From: Laetmonice hystrix
Lineage: Eukaryota
DNA: 64,000 nt
NCBI GenBank assembly: GCA_965235115.1
Contig: OZ249442.1
Coordinates: 31,930,001 to 31,994,000 of the forward strand
Direction: 5' to 3'
The translations under genes and the position numbers were made by a program. The notes below the pieces were generated by a model. That model searched no databases. It saw only the letters and a program-made list of their open reading frames with translations, and was not told the DNA's origin. Position 1 is the stretch's first letter; every line of letters starts with the position of its first letter. Below, one piece after another: positions 1 to 13,291 of the stretch.

Positions 1-296
1 GAGGGGTGAGCCTATATCTAGGGGCACTCCCTCGGGAGTGCTACCCTACGGGTATAAATGGTATACTAAAGGATATTTTAATACAGTAGACAACTCTTGT
101 AAAGTTCTCCGATTTGTATTCTGGAGAAACTCCTCACCTTTAACATTAAAGGACTACAAGAAGTAGTACATTTTAGTAGTACAAGTAGTAGTTAACGAAA
201 TAGAAGGCAGCATCATGCCAGAAATTGAAGTTTGAAGTACATAGCTGTGACATAAAAAGATTTCAAGATAAACTGCTACAATAAATGACAGTAAAG

Positions 297-1560
297 TGAC
301 TGTACCTCGACCTGGCCTGTCCAAGGATCGTGAAGTAGGGAGATGGGTCAATCAATCAACACGGCTGGTATGTTGTGACCGTACCTCGACCTGGTCTGTC
401 CAAGGATCGTGAAGTAGGGAGATTGACCAATCAATCAACACGGCTGGTATGTTGTGACCGTCGACCTGGTGTGTCCAAGGATCGTAAAGTAGGGAGATTG
501 ACCAATCAATCAACACGGCTGGTATGTTGTGACCGTACCTCGACCTGGTCTGTCCAAGGATCGTGAAGTAGGGAGATGGACCCGTCAACACGGCTGGTAT
601 GTTGTAACTGTACCTCGACCAGGTCTGTCCAAGGATCGTGAAGTAGGGAGATGGACCCGTCAACACGGCTGGTATGTTGTAACTGTACCTCGACCTGGTC
701 TGTCCAAGGATCGTGAAGTAGGGAGATGGTTCAATCAATCAACACGGCTGGTATGTTGTGACCGTACCTCGACCTGGTGTGTCCAAGGATCGTAAAGTAG
801 GGAGATTGACCAATCAATCAACACGGCTGGTATGTTGTAACTGTACCTCGACCTGGTCAACACGGCTGGTATGTTGTGACCGTACCTCGACCTGGTCTGT
901 CCAAGGATCGTGAAGTAGGGAGATGGACCCGTCAACACGGGCTGGTATGTTGAAGATTATGTTGTGACTGAACCTCGACTTGGCCTGTCCAAGGATCGTG
1001 AAGTAGGGAGATGGACCCGTCAACACGGGCTGGTATGTTGAAGATTATGTTGTGACTGTACCTCGACCAGGTCTGTCCAAGGATCGTGAAGTAGGGAGAT
1101 GGACCCGTCAACACGGGCTGGTATGTTGAAGATTATGTTGTGACTGAACCTCGACTTGGCCTGTCCAAGGATCGTGAAGTAGGGAGATGGACCCGTCAAC
1201 ACGGGCTGGTATGTTGAAGATTATGTTGTGACTGAACCTCGACCTGGTCTGTCCAAGGATCGTGAAGTAGGGAGATAGGGCAAACAATCAACACGGCTTG
1301 TATGTTTTAACTGTACCTCGACCAAGTCTGTCCAAGGATCGTGAAGTAGGGAGATGGAGACGTCAACACGGGCTGGTATGTTGAAGATTATGTTGTAACT
1401 GTACTTCGACCAAGTCTGTCCAAGGATCGTGAAGTAGGGAGATGGACCCGTCAACACGGGCTGGTATGTTGAAGATTATGTTGTGACTGAACCTCGACTT
1501 GGTCTGACCAAGGATCGTGAAGTGGGGGGATGGACCCGGATCAACACGGTTGTATGTTTT
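297..1560. repeat. Minisatellite, ~16 units of 75-88 bp
   Basis: Core GTACCTCGACCTGGTCTGTCCAAGGATCGTGAAGTAGGGAGATGGACCCGTCAACACGGCTGGTATGTTG repeats. The period is 75-79 bp on the left (610 to 685) and 88 bp on the right (1058 to 1146). Confidence 0.97.
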
Positions 1561-1670
1561 TAATTTATCATGGTTCAAGTAACAATGCGGACCGTGATGC
1601 CCCCTGACAAAGATTTCGCACCAGTCAGGGGCCTGCTTATTGCCGATATACTGCTCTGGGGCTAAAGGAA

Positions 1671-1991
1671 ACGCAAGACATGCAGACTCGCAAAGTATTA
1701 TTGAACAACCGGACAACAATACGCTCTATTCACGGTGGCGCCATCTTAGAATGAAACCGAGGCTTGGTTGGCAAGTTCTATTGTTGATGTTTTGGGTCTT
1801 TTCACTATCATAGCGAGAATCGTTACAACATTCGGGAACACAGCAATGAAAGCTCGACATGTTTACATATATGCCGGGAAGGTGTTTTCACTCTGGTGTT
1901 TTCCGAGCTATGCCAGCCTAGCCTCGTTCTCGCTCGGACTTCCGCTGGCCGTGAATACATTCTATAGTTTGCAAGTCCGCAAGTCTTGCGT
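1671..1991. mobile_element. MITE-like element with ~28-bp imperfect terminal inverted repeats
   Basis: Left end ACGCAAGACATGCAGACTCGCAAAGTAT versus reverse complement of right end ACGCAAGACTTGCGGACTTGCAAACTAT (24/28 identical). No ORF and no clear TSD. Confidence 0.65.
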
Positions 1992-2092
1992 GTGATTTGT
2001 GAAAAAATAAGGTCCCAGGTCAGTAGCGTCTTACTAAGCGCCGCCAGAATGACGCTACTAACTACCTTTAGCGTGACGGTATTGAACGTAAC

Positions 2093-2265
2093 GAGGGTGG
2101 GTGGGTGTTTGGGGTTTTACGCCTTGAAACAGCCAGGGTCATATCACGGCGGTGAAGATGATGATGAAAGTCAGTTTTTCCTGGTGGAGAAAACCGGAGT
2201 ACCCGGAGGAAACCACCGGCCTTCGGGAAGGAACTGACTGACAAACATTTTTACACATGCAGAAC
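2093..2265 (-). mobile_element. V-SINE-like fragment (central domain plus simple-repeat tail)
   Basis: Contains GGTGGAGAAAACCGGAGTACCCGGAGGAAACCACCGG, which resembles from recall the conserved V-domain of metazoan V-SINEs. It is preceded by a GGGTGGGTGTTTGGGGTTTTACGCC tail-like end. The tRNA head was not found. Confidence 0.55.
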
Positions 2266-5200
2266 GTAACGAAAGAGCCACACTGATTGGGTCATGGATG
2301 TGGCGATGCAAAGGGAAACATCAGATACCTGCATGTAAGTGTATACAAAATTCAATGACATCGCGCGTAATAAGTTTTGGTTACTGCCCTTCTGTTTTTA
2401 CTGTATTACATTTAGAAATTTGTTTGTGAAATACCACTTGCCCATCAAAAACGTCTTTGAAACATTGCTACTGCTATCTTGTGTCGCTCTTTTATATTTA
2501 GTCAGGATTCCTTGGTCACACGAATGATGCAGGCCAGCTAAGGCTTCTCCCGACGATTGGTCCCAATCAACAAGTGGCGCCCCCCCCCCCCCAACATACA
2601 TGTACATCTTTTCGGCAGATAAAATTTATCCCAACGACGAACCTCTGTTTACTCCACGGAGGGTGTAGGACCTGAAAGAGAACGTCGACTGCTGTTCTTG
2701 AAGAGTGTCGGTGCAACATCTCATAAGATACCTAAAGACCTATCGGATACTTCAAGGACGTTATAGAAATAGCAAGGATCTTTTCTCTGTAGTCGCCGAT
2801 GTCTGTGTCTACCTTGCTCAGCGTCTCGAGTTTCAAGCCATTAAAAGTACTTCCCTCATGTAGTATGACCAACGAGTACTCGTTGGTACGGCCAATGTGG
2901 GAGGCTGACCAAGGTATAGATCCATACTACACATGTACTGGACAAATGTTTAGTCCGGTCCGTGGTTCGCCATTCCCAACGTGCATTTCTATTGTATGTG
3001 TGTATATTTTAGATCCATGACAAAAAAGTTAACAACACTGACATTAATTATTCCCTTGATATCTCAAAACGACCCTTTAGTCTTCACGGAGTTTTCGACC
3101 TGAATCTGTTCGTTCCACTGGCGATTGAGTCATGGTCATGGTTATTCCCCCGTTGACCTTCAGTCAGATACTGCTTACGACCCATGTTGACAACCAAATT
3201 GTAGTAAATCAGTTTTCGAAATATTTCGTAATGTGCTCTAGATGATTTGTATAAGAAAATGATGCTTTCCTATGACGTTTTTCATATTTAAAATCAACTT
3301 TTGAAATGCCATATTCAATTTTCAAATTTGAATTCAGGACAAATACATATCATGTACATAATTGGACCAAATTTTTGTCCAGTATTTGTACATAAGTGGC
3401 TAGTATCTAGACCTAGGGACCTCACAGAGGGTTCTAGGGGCATGCACCCCCAAGACCACCTGCGAGGGAGGGAAGAAGGGATAAACACGCCAGGACCGCC
3501 CACAGGGGGCAGCACCAGCGAGGGGTGGTCCCCTGTCGTCACCACTCCGTCTGCCCAGTGTCACTGTCTAAACACCCCTCCCCTAAAACACCCCAAACCC
3601 GGGGTGATCCGTCCTCACCCTACCCCTAATACCCCACCCTCAGGGCATCCTAACCGCCAATTGCTAACTCTGTCTCACGCTATCAAAACAGCCAACTTAT
3701 CTTGGGCATTATTTTCTCTCACCGTGGAGGCCCGGGTTGGCAGAGAAAGTTTTCTCTATTCTTGCTGACTTTACCACATGGTCCTTGTTACGGAGAATGT
3801 TGACCTCTAACACATTGAAATGACCTTGACCTGTGGGTCAGCATTCTCTATTAAGTTCAGGTCAGATAAAATACGCCTGGCTATTTCTGTTCGGGAGACT
3901 CTGAACAAATTGGTCGATGATATGGAATGCTGGCCAACAAATCCCAGATCAGAACCATAAATGTCACCTTAAGGGCTGAGCCCATGGGAGGAGGAGGGGG
4001 AGCAGCCAGGGCTGGGAACCGCTGTTTTCAGTGGTGCAGAAAAGGGCGGGGGGGGGGGGGGGTAGCCTGACCATTTCAGAAGAAAGATGACACAAGAAGC
4101 AGTGGTGTCAATATTTTACTGGTAGAAAGGGTGTCGGGAGAACTATCTGTTGTTTTGTAGTATGTATAAAGTGTGAATATTATCAATGTTGATAATGTAG
4201 TTATGCCCTGTAATACATTTGTGTCCTAAAACTTGTCATAAATTATGGCGGCATGAGATTTTTTTGTATAACACTTTGTATGGCATCTAAATATTATATG
4301 CGTCAGGACTTGCTTTGACTTGTCTGAATTATAACTAGTTCTACCGACCAGAGAACAGTAACAAATATGGCTTGGTTTGTTAACGGAGACCGGCAGGTAC
4401 TACAGCATGCTGGTACCGGAAGTAAGGGTTCAAAGGTCAGCCTCCCAGATCGGGCCCAAGTGTCTCCATGGGAACAACTGTCACGTGGAACCATGGGGGG
4501 ATTATCATTAATCCCACTCAACCTACATTTACAGCCTTAAAGTAACAAACCCCCGCTACGCTAGTCCTTAATTGCTTTTAGCTGATAATTCAAGCTGGGC
4601 ACAATCATGTTATGAATATGATGGGCGGTTCTGTATGAGGTGGGTTCGATGGGAGGGTATAAAAGTTTGGATCTTTATGGTTCACCCCAAGGGGGTTGTA
4701 ATGTAATGAAGTGATGATAAAGATTGGGGGAGGGATAATGCAGGAAGGTCATTAAGTGCACACCAGATGGCCGCATCAAATGGACAGTATGGCGCTGAAT
4801 TCACGGTTCTTGTTTAACTAACGGTGATTAATACGTATAGAACATGTGGTTCCCCCGGTAATCTGACAGGGGGTAATTTGAAATTGGGACACCGGTCAGT
4901 ATTAGGACACACGACACAAGAGAAAATATGTTGGCTGGAGTAAGAGGCATTGTGATTGGTCCATGAATCACGTGTTGTCTGGTGGCGGTCAGTGGTGTAA
5001 TCCCGCCAGGGTTATGGCGGTCCAGTGGACGATACGGTGACCGTAAGGTCACGTTCATTGGATTAGAGAAATTAGAGTCGTTGTAATCCTTGGGGAACAA
5101 TGTGAAGGTTCGATCTCTGCTTCATTAGGAATTGTGAGATTTAGGTGTGACATGGATGGATCTCACGGAACAACCTGCGTCTAAGTGACCTTGAAAGGAA

Positions 5201-5420
5201 CATCTGTCAGGAAATAGTCTGGGAACGAGGTCTGAAAACCTCAAAACCGGATATGAGCTGGATTTAAAAGGCACTTAAAAATGTGTTCTTATTTTTGGAC
5301 AGAAAGCCAACAGTGGGATCATTGTAGCTTCCGCATGATCGTTAATGTAAGCAGGTGCAAACATGAACCGGCCTCACGGTAGAGGGGGAAACCGGATCAT
5401 AGTGATAATGTATCCCATAA

Positions 5421-5680
5421 ACTGACGGACGATCCAACTTTTTGTTGGACCCAACAAATTTGATGAAAAGTAGGATCCAACTTGAGCCACACACACGATC
5501 ACACTTTTCTATCCAACCTCATCCAACACACAGTGGATTTTCCCTCCATTTCTTGACATCTATTATAAAATTTATAAGTATATCACAGACAAGGCCAAGG
5601 CTATTATTTAGCTGATGCTGTAAAGATGGAGTCAGATAGGCGGGCCACGATAAAGGTATAGCATCAATGGGGATCATGGG

Positions 5681-5711
<31 letters not shown>

Positions 5712-6044
5712 CATTATTATCATGGCCCTAATTATTCGGAAGAGGTACCAGCATTTCGTTAGACCATGCACATCTCGTCTGCTTCCCTGACGCTATTTTG
5801 CTGACCTCAAACCATGTGGCGCGGGGTCACATATTTGCTGGAGACCTTCTGATTGGTTCTTGTAGTGTTCTGACATTTGACACCATCCAACTTGTTGGAT
5901 GAAGTAGAGACGAGTTCAACTTCATCCAACAAAAAAACTTGTTGGATAGAGGCTGTTTGATGATATCACACACGACCCAACTCCAACCAACAAGTTGGAT
6001 CCAACCGTGTTGGGTCCAACTTGTTGGATCGTGTGTATCGGGCT
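5421..6044. mobile_element. Degenerate PIF/Harbinger-like MITE built from ATCCAAC/GTTGGAT palindromes
   Basis: The left block ACGATCCAACTTTTTGTTGGACCCAACA...GGATCCAACTTG matches the reverse complement of the right block (ACGATCCAACAAGTTGGACCCAACACGGTTGGATCCAACTTG). TAA lies on both flanks (5418-5420 and 6045-6047). Confidence 0.45.
5681..5722. repeat. (ATT)n microsatellite
   Basis: ATTATTATTATT... seen directly, with interruptions. Confidence 0.9.
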
Positions 6045-6859
6045 TAAAGCTGCTGGACCGGTCCTCATCACGGCGTAAGTCGGCGACAGGGGCCGAGAAA
6101 GGCTCAGTGCGGGATGAATGTAAAACTTGGAGACAGTGGACGATACTGGAACACGAAACGGCACTTAGCGGGAGGTGGCGACCTCTGGTGGCCGGGGTGG
6201 GAGGTCCTGGAAGGTGCCCCCCACCCCGCCCCGCACGACTGGGAAACCATATAAAGGGTTATGGATCTGATGGTGTAGCAGCTCGGTACCCGGCTAGAAA
6301 TCCAGAAAAACTGCCAGACTGCTAAATCTAGGCTCCCCTGGTGACAGGAGGTGTCCTGAGAAAAGATTGCCCTTAATGTTTTCGATGCCAGGATTAATGC
6401 TTCGATTTCCAATATCAGCCATATTAAATGAATCGATACCTCGGTTAGGTCAAATGATCACAAAAAAGAAAGAAGGAAGGAAAGAAAGAGAAATAATTTG
6501 ACACAGTCTAGATATAATTATATACATTGCAAACATCACCTCAGCTGAAAATTGGATATCCGGATTTTAGGGTTAGATAGTGTTACTCTGTTTCTATTGG
6601 TGGAGCCTGATTTCTCAGGCAGTAGTTTGTAATGCAGTATACCGGCCTTGTACTGGAATTAGTTGTATTAAACACTTGACAAGTTTACTAAAGTCGACAA
6701 AAGCCACTTGTTACTAAAAGCGTTGGTACAATTTTCTGCCTTTAAACTGTTTATGTATATTTCCATATAGAGTCCACACCGTTTAGAGACCACCCTTGTC
6801 GACCGTCGCGCTGAGATTCACCAAGGTCCTAGGTTAAGGGTCAGTGTTGATGTTTTGGG

Positions 6860-6993
6860 TCAGGGAGGTTGGCACGTGGTGGCTGAGATGGACATACGGT
6901 CCTTTGTTATGACCTTTGGTGGCCAGTCTGCTGGGCCGGTTTGCTGCAGAACTCCACTTCCTGCCACTTCTTGTTCATGGTGTGCTTGGAGTT
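6860..6993 (-). CDS. Candidate terminal exon of an unidentified minus-strand gene
   Basis: Strong acceptor TACTTCTCTTTCAG. Phase 0 reads NSKHTMNKKWQEVEFCSKPAQQTGHQRS* (stop 6907-6909) and phase 1 is open to 6860. No family recognised. Confidence 0.3.
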
Positions 6994-7841
6994 CTGAAAG
7001 AGAAGTACTCTAAACGAACAAGATAAGTTGGACTTCAGAATAACTCTCAAACTCTCACACAGACTTCAAACTGTCCTCGATGGACGCTGAGTGAAGGATC
7101 TCAGCGAGGGCAGACTGATGTCCGTCAGATCACAGATATTGCCCCATGGTTGTTTTCTGAAAAATTATTGACTGTGAAATAAGTCAACTGAGGATTTAAT
7201 AAACAACAACAAAAAGCAAAAGAAAGAAATTAAGTTGTGTCTTTAATTCAATCCCATGCTGCGTTTTTGGCATGATGATTTAAAGGATTGTAGGTTGTCT
7301 GCATTGGAATGCACTTAATACCTTTGCTACATGTGGATTTTCGTTTTCAAGCAAAGTACCCTTCAAGGCATGATATAATCTTGGCGTTTTGGATTTTAAG
7401 GTTGGTTCAGTTTTTGAAGTACAAATCACTTTCCCACACAAGTATAATTTGAGCACGAAGCGCCAAATCATTTCCTATTTGCCGTTGAAGTACCCGTTAG
7501 TATTCGATCGCTTTTTGGTGGTTGTTTGTTACAAAAAGGTGAGGTTTCAGCGTGTGCCGACCACATCACTGTCAGTGCGGTCGGCGCCTGATCCTGGTAA
7601 TGTTCAACACAAGCTGAGGTACTTATGGGACTCGGTACTAAATGGTTGAATATCCTTGACTCTGAGGGTTATAGGACCTGGAGTTCATCACGACACCAAA
7701 CATGGCCAGGTTATACGAAAAAAGGCTAAAAAAATGTGGAAACGTGGAGAAAAGCAAAATGACTACATAGGAACCCAAACAGTATTATTTACATAATCTG
7801 AAGCATCTAATTTTTCACTGCCAAGTGTAAAAGGGTTTCAG

Positions 7842-8017
7842 ATTGGAGCTTTTCGACACGCTCACTATCGGGACAGAACAGTGCAGTCCTGAGAGACGCT
7901 CTGAATCCCTTCGACTACAGCCATACAGAGTGGATGAAGTGTCCTTGCCACTGCAGGCAAGAGATGTTGCCTGGTTATTTTCAGACGCAGCTCATGAGCC
8001 GTGTTATCAGGAGGTAG
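7842..8017 (+). CDS. Candidate coding exon, unknown Cys/His-containing peptide
   Basis: After TTTCAG the frame reads WSFSTRSLSGQNSAVLRDALNPFDYSHTEWMKCPCHCRQEMLPGYFQTQLMSRVIRR*. The acceptor is weak. A phase-compatible upstream exon may lie at 7551-7596. Confidence 0.25.
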
Positions 8018-8091
8018 CACCCTGCGCACCCTAAGCTAACCCAGAGGGCTAATAATTCCTAATCCTGCCCCCATACTCCCACTCCCCCTCC

Positions 8092-8512
8092 CCGGCCCGG
8101 GAGCCGACTCGGGCCGCCATGTCGTGTGTGCCCGGCCGGGGTTCAGGCCGGGACTCGGGCCGCCATGCCGTGTGTGCCCGGCCGGGGTTCAGGCCGGGAC
8201 TCGGGCCGCCATGTCGTGTGTGCCCGGCCGGGGTTCAGGCCGGGACTCGGGCCGCCATGTCGTGTGTGCCCGGCCGGGGTTCAGGCCGTTCAGGCCGGGA
8301 CTCGGGCCGCCATGTCGCGTGTGCCCGGCCGGGGTTCAGGCCGGGACTCGGGCCGCCATGCCGTGTGTGCCCGGCCGGGGTTCAGGACGGGACTCGGGCC
8401 GCCATGTCGTGTGTGCCCGGCCGGGGTTCAGGCCGTTCAGGCCGGGACTCGGGCCGCCATGTCGTCTGTGCCCGGCCGGGGTTCAGGCCGTTCAGGCCGG
8501 GACTCGGGCCTG
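8092..8512. repeat. GC-rich 46-bp minisatellite (~9 units, some with a 9-bp GCCGTTCAG insert)
   Basis: Unit GCCGGGACTCGGGCCGCCATGTCGTGTGTGCCCGGCCGGGGTTCAG, period 46 (8119 to 8165). It contains the palindrome CCCGGCCGGG. Confidence 0.97.
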
Positions 8513-11500
8513 GGGAGGCCAGCACAGCGGGTAATGAGGCGAGTTTAAACATAAACCCGGTAATTGGGGTTCATTGTGTCTATGATGATGCTTGTTATGG
8601 ACGGGAGCCTGGTGTATAATAACTGAATACCCCGGTATATCCCCACACCAGGGACTGATGTCTGTCTAGGAACGTATTTTTGTGGAGGAATGTGAGATGA
8701 TGACGGATGATGAAGGACGGATGATTATAATGTTATCAGCACAGATAGATTGTTATTTACCACAGGCACAGTCTTGGTTACATTCATTGTGTTCGTGAGA
8801 GGAGTGAAGTGTTGGAGATCACCTGGGACGGCAAGGTTTATCATCCGCCCGCCGCTGCACTTCTATAGGAATTCTGAGAAAGGGGCCAGGTGCCCCACTA
8901 ACTTTCAAAAATTAGGTCAACCAGAATTTTTGTGGGCCAAGTTTAACACATCCATTTCATGAAAAGCACCCTTTCAATGTCTAATGGTGTAGCAGTTTAA
9001 AGTAAAAAGGGGGGGGGGGGGGTTAAGGATCCGCGTTCAGGCCAAAGCGGGAATGGCCGCATAGAAAATCAAGTCTCACAAGTTTGTTTAATCCCGGCTA
9101 TTTAATCTCACCTGTATGCAATAATAATCCCAGTGGGAGGTTTAGATTACAGGAGTGTAAGGCGACACCTAGTGTGATATCAGGACACTTGCGGGAAAGG
9201 TTCATTCTGGGTAGTGTTATTCGTGGTAGGATCACGTGCCAGGTTGTGACGTAACGTGACGTTACAGAGAGCCGTCTGTACAGAGCTTCCTGTGCCAGTC
9301 ACCAGGGGGTTGTTAGTGGCCAACGATAATGTTACCTATTATATAGGTATGAATTCTGAGCGACTCGCTGCAGTAATCATGATCTAACATAACAGTGAAT
9401 TTAATCATAAAGGTTATTAGTTAATGATATGGTTCTAAAGGGGAACTAGATGTGTAAGCAGTGGTGCATCATAAGAAAGTCTTTTTACTGGTCCTTCCGT
9501 GGTGGAAAAAAAACCGTTGGGTGGACCCCCTAGATAAAATCCTTGATCCGCCCCTGCCCAAGTGTGTGTAAATAATTGTATGTATACATTGAGAGTTCCA
9601 GCAGTGCAAGCCAAGTGTTATGTATGCACACTGCCCTCGGCCAATAGATCAGCGATCATAACATTAGTCAGACAGGCCAACTGTTGGTCAGTAGACGACT
9701 CGCTGCTCCCAAATCCCAAACACAAATTCGGGTCACCTTGACAGGAGATAACGTTGACACCGCTCTGAAACCCAGCAGTTCGGCCGCGGAGCTATCTGAG
9801 GAACATTGCCTGCGGAGGGTTCTCTGTCTGTATTTCAGAGTCCAGTCTCCGAGGACGAGGAATAGCTTGGACGGGTGATGGTCAAGTATCACTTTTCTTA
9901 CGGCATTCACCAAGGCCGTCATCTAGGGCGTGCACTCAGACTTATGTTGTGATACGCCGTGAAGGTGTATACGGTGATAGGGGTATGTCTTGATAGGATA
10001 CACCTTAACATTGTAATTAACTTAGAGGTGTACCCCCTAGACACAGTAGGCCTGGATACTGAGAGCCTTGTCAGTCTGTAGACATCGATGTCCTGCTGCT
10101 ATATAGGATTCCACGGTGTTAGGGGTCTGACGCACTGACCTGTCGATGTAAGGAACATATATGAGGAGTAAGCTGTGGAACTATATAGGAACGACAGAAT
10201 ACTTCAGGTAAGAGCTTATATTAAACTGGCACATTTAATCAGAAATGATGTATAAACAGTGAAACAGTAGGGTATAAATTGTTGCTATAAATGCCCACAA
10301 GGTAGCGCTCACCAGATCAAAGTGTTGAGTTGACAGATTGCGGCTTCTCCATCATCAGGCTATATGTCATCACGTGCCGCTAGGGGGACTCAGTTCCAGT
10401 CTGCCCACGGTTGTTTTGGTATCATGCAGACAAGTAGAAGATGTTTTCGGTAACATCCTTTAAAACTAACCTCAAGGCAGACAATGGAATTTGGATTAGG
10501 CCTAGAACGTCACGCTTCCGTAAACGAGTAAATGTTTTTCTTTTTTTAACCGTAAATGTGCCTCACCAGTTGCTAAAAACAGCCACATTCCCTTTTTTAT
10601 GGGCAGAGCGCATGTGAAATTTTGGCAGGAGTTCGACTGCTGGACATCAACAGAAACCTAGTTAGAGCTGGTCGATGATTTAAGTGCCAAGTCCGATATG
10701 TGTGATAGAATCGTTGCCAATATGGGCCGTGAAGTTGGCCGAGCCGGCCGGGTACACTGGTTGTCAGTACTGACAGATTTGTGTAGCACGTACGCGAGTC
10801 ACTCGTAATAATAGGTCGTTTGGCATGTAGTACCAGCTTCACTAAAAATCAACCATGTTTCATTGTTTTTTGATGACACAAAAAACTGTCATGTGTCAAC
10901 GCGAATGAACAAAACATGTTCACCCTTTGAACATGACGCAAGCCGGAGGGAAGTCTTGGGGTTCGTTGACTCAGGATCTGACCTCATCATGTTGCAAACC
11001 CAGTGTGGGCATTTTATAGGATATAATAACGGATATAACGGAATTTAAACTTTGAAGACTATTTCTTGTTACCAGACCCATCAGATTTCTCATGGGGCAA
11101 TCGACTAAGCATGCAGCGCAGATTTGACACCTCGGGGCACTTGTTTGTAACTGGTGGAAGATATTGGAATGTCAGTCTCGGGTTATAATATCCTATTTAT
11201 AGATCCAGCTGAAAACGCCAATTGATTCTCAGAAGGATTATGCCTGTATAATTGGTATTTACGTATATTTAGCAGTGTCAGGATAGAAACTGATGCTGTA
11301 TATAAAAAGCCGACAGTCAGACAAATTGAGACATGTGATTGGTGTGTTTACTGAGGGTACCGGGAGCTGACAAATGACGTGAGGGTCACCATTTCGTGAC
11401 CTTTGATCGACCAATGACAGGCAGTCACGGAGTGTTGTCAGGCCGTGACGCGCGTGACGGCCATTTGTACCGTGACCCGCCATTATATAGGCACCACTCA

Positions 11501-12691
11501 AACAACTGTTAAACGGCTGGTAACCGCACGAACTCGTCACGAATCGCGGGACATGCAACAGTCCAACATCATGTCTTCTAGGGAGATGGCCTCTTTTTTT
11601 ATCTCCCGACAGTTTCATAATTACAGAATCTGTGTCAGATTCACGTGTTTAGAATATACAATGTAGATTGAAATGAAACTCAGGAAACAACATTCTAAAA
11701 ACTGTAATTAATTAGGTAGGTGAAGGGCACCTCAGTGGCCTACCGTACGTATCATCATGACAGGTTGTAACGTCCCCGAACAACTAGAAAGGCGACCAGT
11801 TGCTTTCTATTCACACCAGTTTCTGAAAAGCATCTGTCATTCTCAGTTGAAAAAGAGTTAATAATCTTTCAAAAGGTCGACTATTAGAATTAAAGCTGAT
11901 CGATGTCAACAATAGTGCATGGGTATCACCAACACAATTTTAAAGAGGGGAATTTTCCGCCACCAGACTTAATGGGCGCTCAAATAAATGGTCAATGAAT
12001 GGCTGAGATGTCGTAGTTTGCAGAAATGTCACACAGAGTCGTAGTTAATTTACTACTTAGGTTTCATTGAGTCATTGAAACGCGAGATGAACAGTTAATC
12101 GGAGCATGTTTTTCTCACTACTGTCAAATTAGGTCTGAGCCAGAAGTTTTTGCTCATTAACGGTTTTTTGTTGGCAGACCGGGTATCATTTTCAGCGAAC
12201 GCTTTGTTATAATCGCCATGTAGATCATATCGGTCGGGACCATTCTGGTTCTGGCTAGAGGAATGGGTTCTTTCGACTGTAATGATATAAGTACATGACG
12301 CTCCCCGACTACTTAACGCTTTAATTATCCCTGCCCATGCCATATCGCATGAACCTGCCATGTGTAAAGTAAGTACTCATTTGGTAATGTAAAGATTACC
12401 AAAGGATATATGGCATGTAGAATAAAAAAAAGGGCATCACCTAACAGGAACAAGTACTAAGTGTATAGGTACTTTGTTTACGAAGAACAAAAAGTTGAAC
12501 AACTTAAGAATAATGAGTCATACATGTGATATCACTTACAAATTCATAACTGATAATATAAAGTCAGACAGGAAGTTCGCATAATTTTCTTTGGGGCTTT
12601 TTCATTCCGCCATCGTTGGCAGGACGTGAGTTGAGCTGAGAACATGAACTCTGAGCTCAACCTAGCTTAACTAAGCTCAAACACTGCTTAC

Positions 12692-12738
12692 CGTTAACAG
12701 GTGAACAACTGTCACGCATTGACCGTATGGTGACCTTG
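12692..12738 (-). other. Candidate 47-nt minus-strand exon
   Basis: Acceptor CTCAACCCTGACCCCAG and strong donor ACG|GTAAGC. Two frames are open. Confidence 0.35.
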
Positions 12739-13210
12739 CTGGGGTCAGGGTTGAGACACTGACCTTGACTGAATCGAGCTGATCGTGATGGTATAGCGGC
12801 AGGGGTTGTTGGTTTCTCATTGGGTTGTCAGGGGATGGGGTGTGACTTGTTTACCCCCATATCCTCACCCCATCACCCCCGACCACACGCCCACCTCCAA
12901 CTCGCTCATCTTTCGGTAAAATACTGGTAGACATATACAGCCTTGTCCTCAATCCTCAACCCAAACAACCAACAAACGGCGGAAGATTTTTTAGTACGAA
13001 AGCCGATCCTCATACACCTTTTATGAATAGTGTTCAAACTGAAAGTCTGCTGACTTCACGTTGCTCAGCCAGAGGGTTTGACAACTTCTACTTGTAGATT
13101 GCAGAATGGTTTCATGAAAACGTATAATTTACATAGTTTATTAATACCTCAGCTATAGAGTGATACGGACAGTATAGGTATCCCCAGGAGTGGGCGGTAG
13201 GTAGCGTTAC

Positions 13211-13291
13211 CTGCTCCTGTTATCAGAGTCGGGGGCAAGGTTTACCTTTGACTTGTAAACAGAAGGGGACCGACAACATGAACACTGTGGT
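13211..13291 (-). other. Candidate minus-strand exon with two alternative donors (46 or 81 nt)
   Basis: A long pyrimidine tract ends TCCTCTTCCTGTCCTAACCAG. Donors are AAG|GTAAAC (exon end 13246) and CAG|GTAACG (exon end 13211). Confidence 0.4.

Noticed and set aside
19-48. Hairpin GCACTCCC-TC-GGGAGTGC as a Helitron 3' end or terminator
   Set aside because: Spacing to CTAG is atypical, it lies at the window edge and no matching 5' end is visible.
297-1560. CRISPR-like appearance of the repeat arrays (also 14037-15925 and 38697-40859)
   Set aside because: Units are head-to-tail with no unique spacers, there are no cas genes, and the context is eukaryotic. The Cas gene here means Crk-associated substrate, not CRISPR-associated.
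8119-8619. Overlapping ORFs in all three + frames
   Set aside because: The stop-free GC-rich 46-bp repeat explains them.
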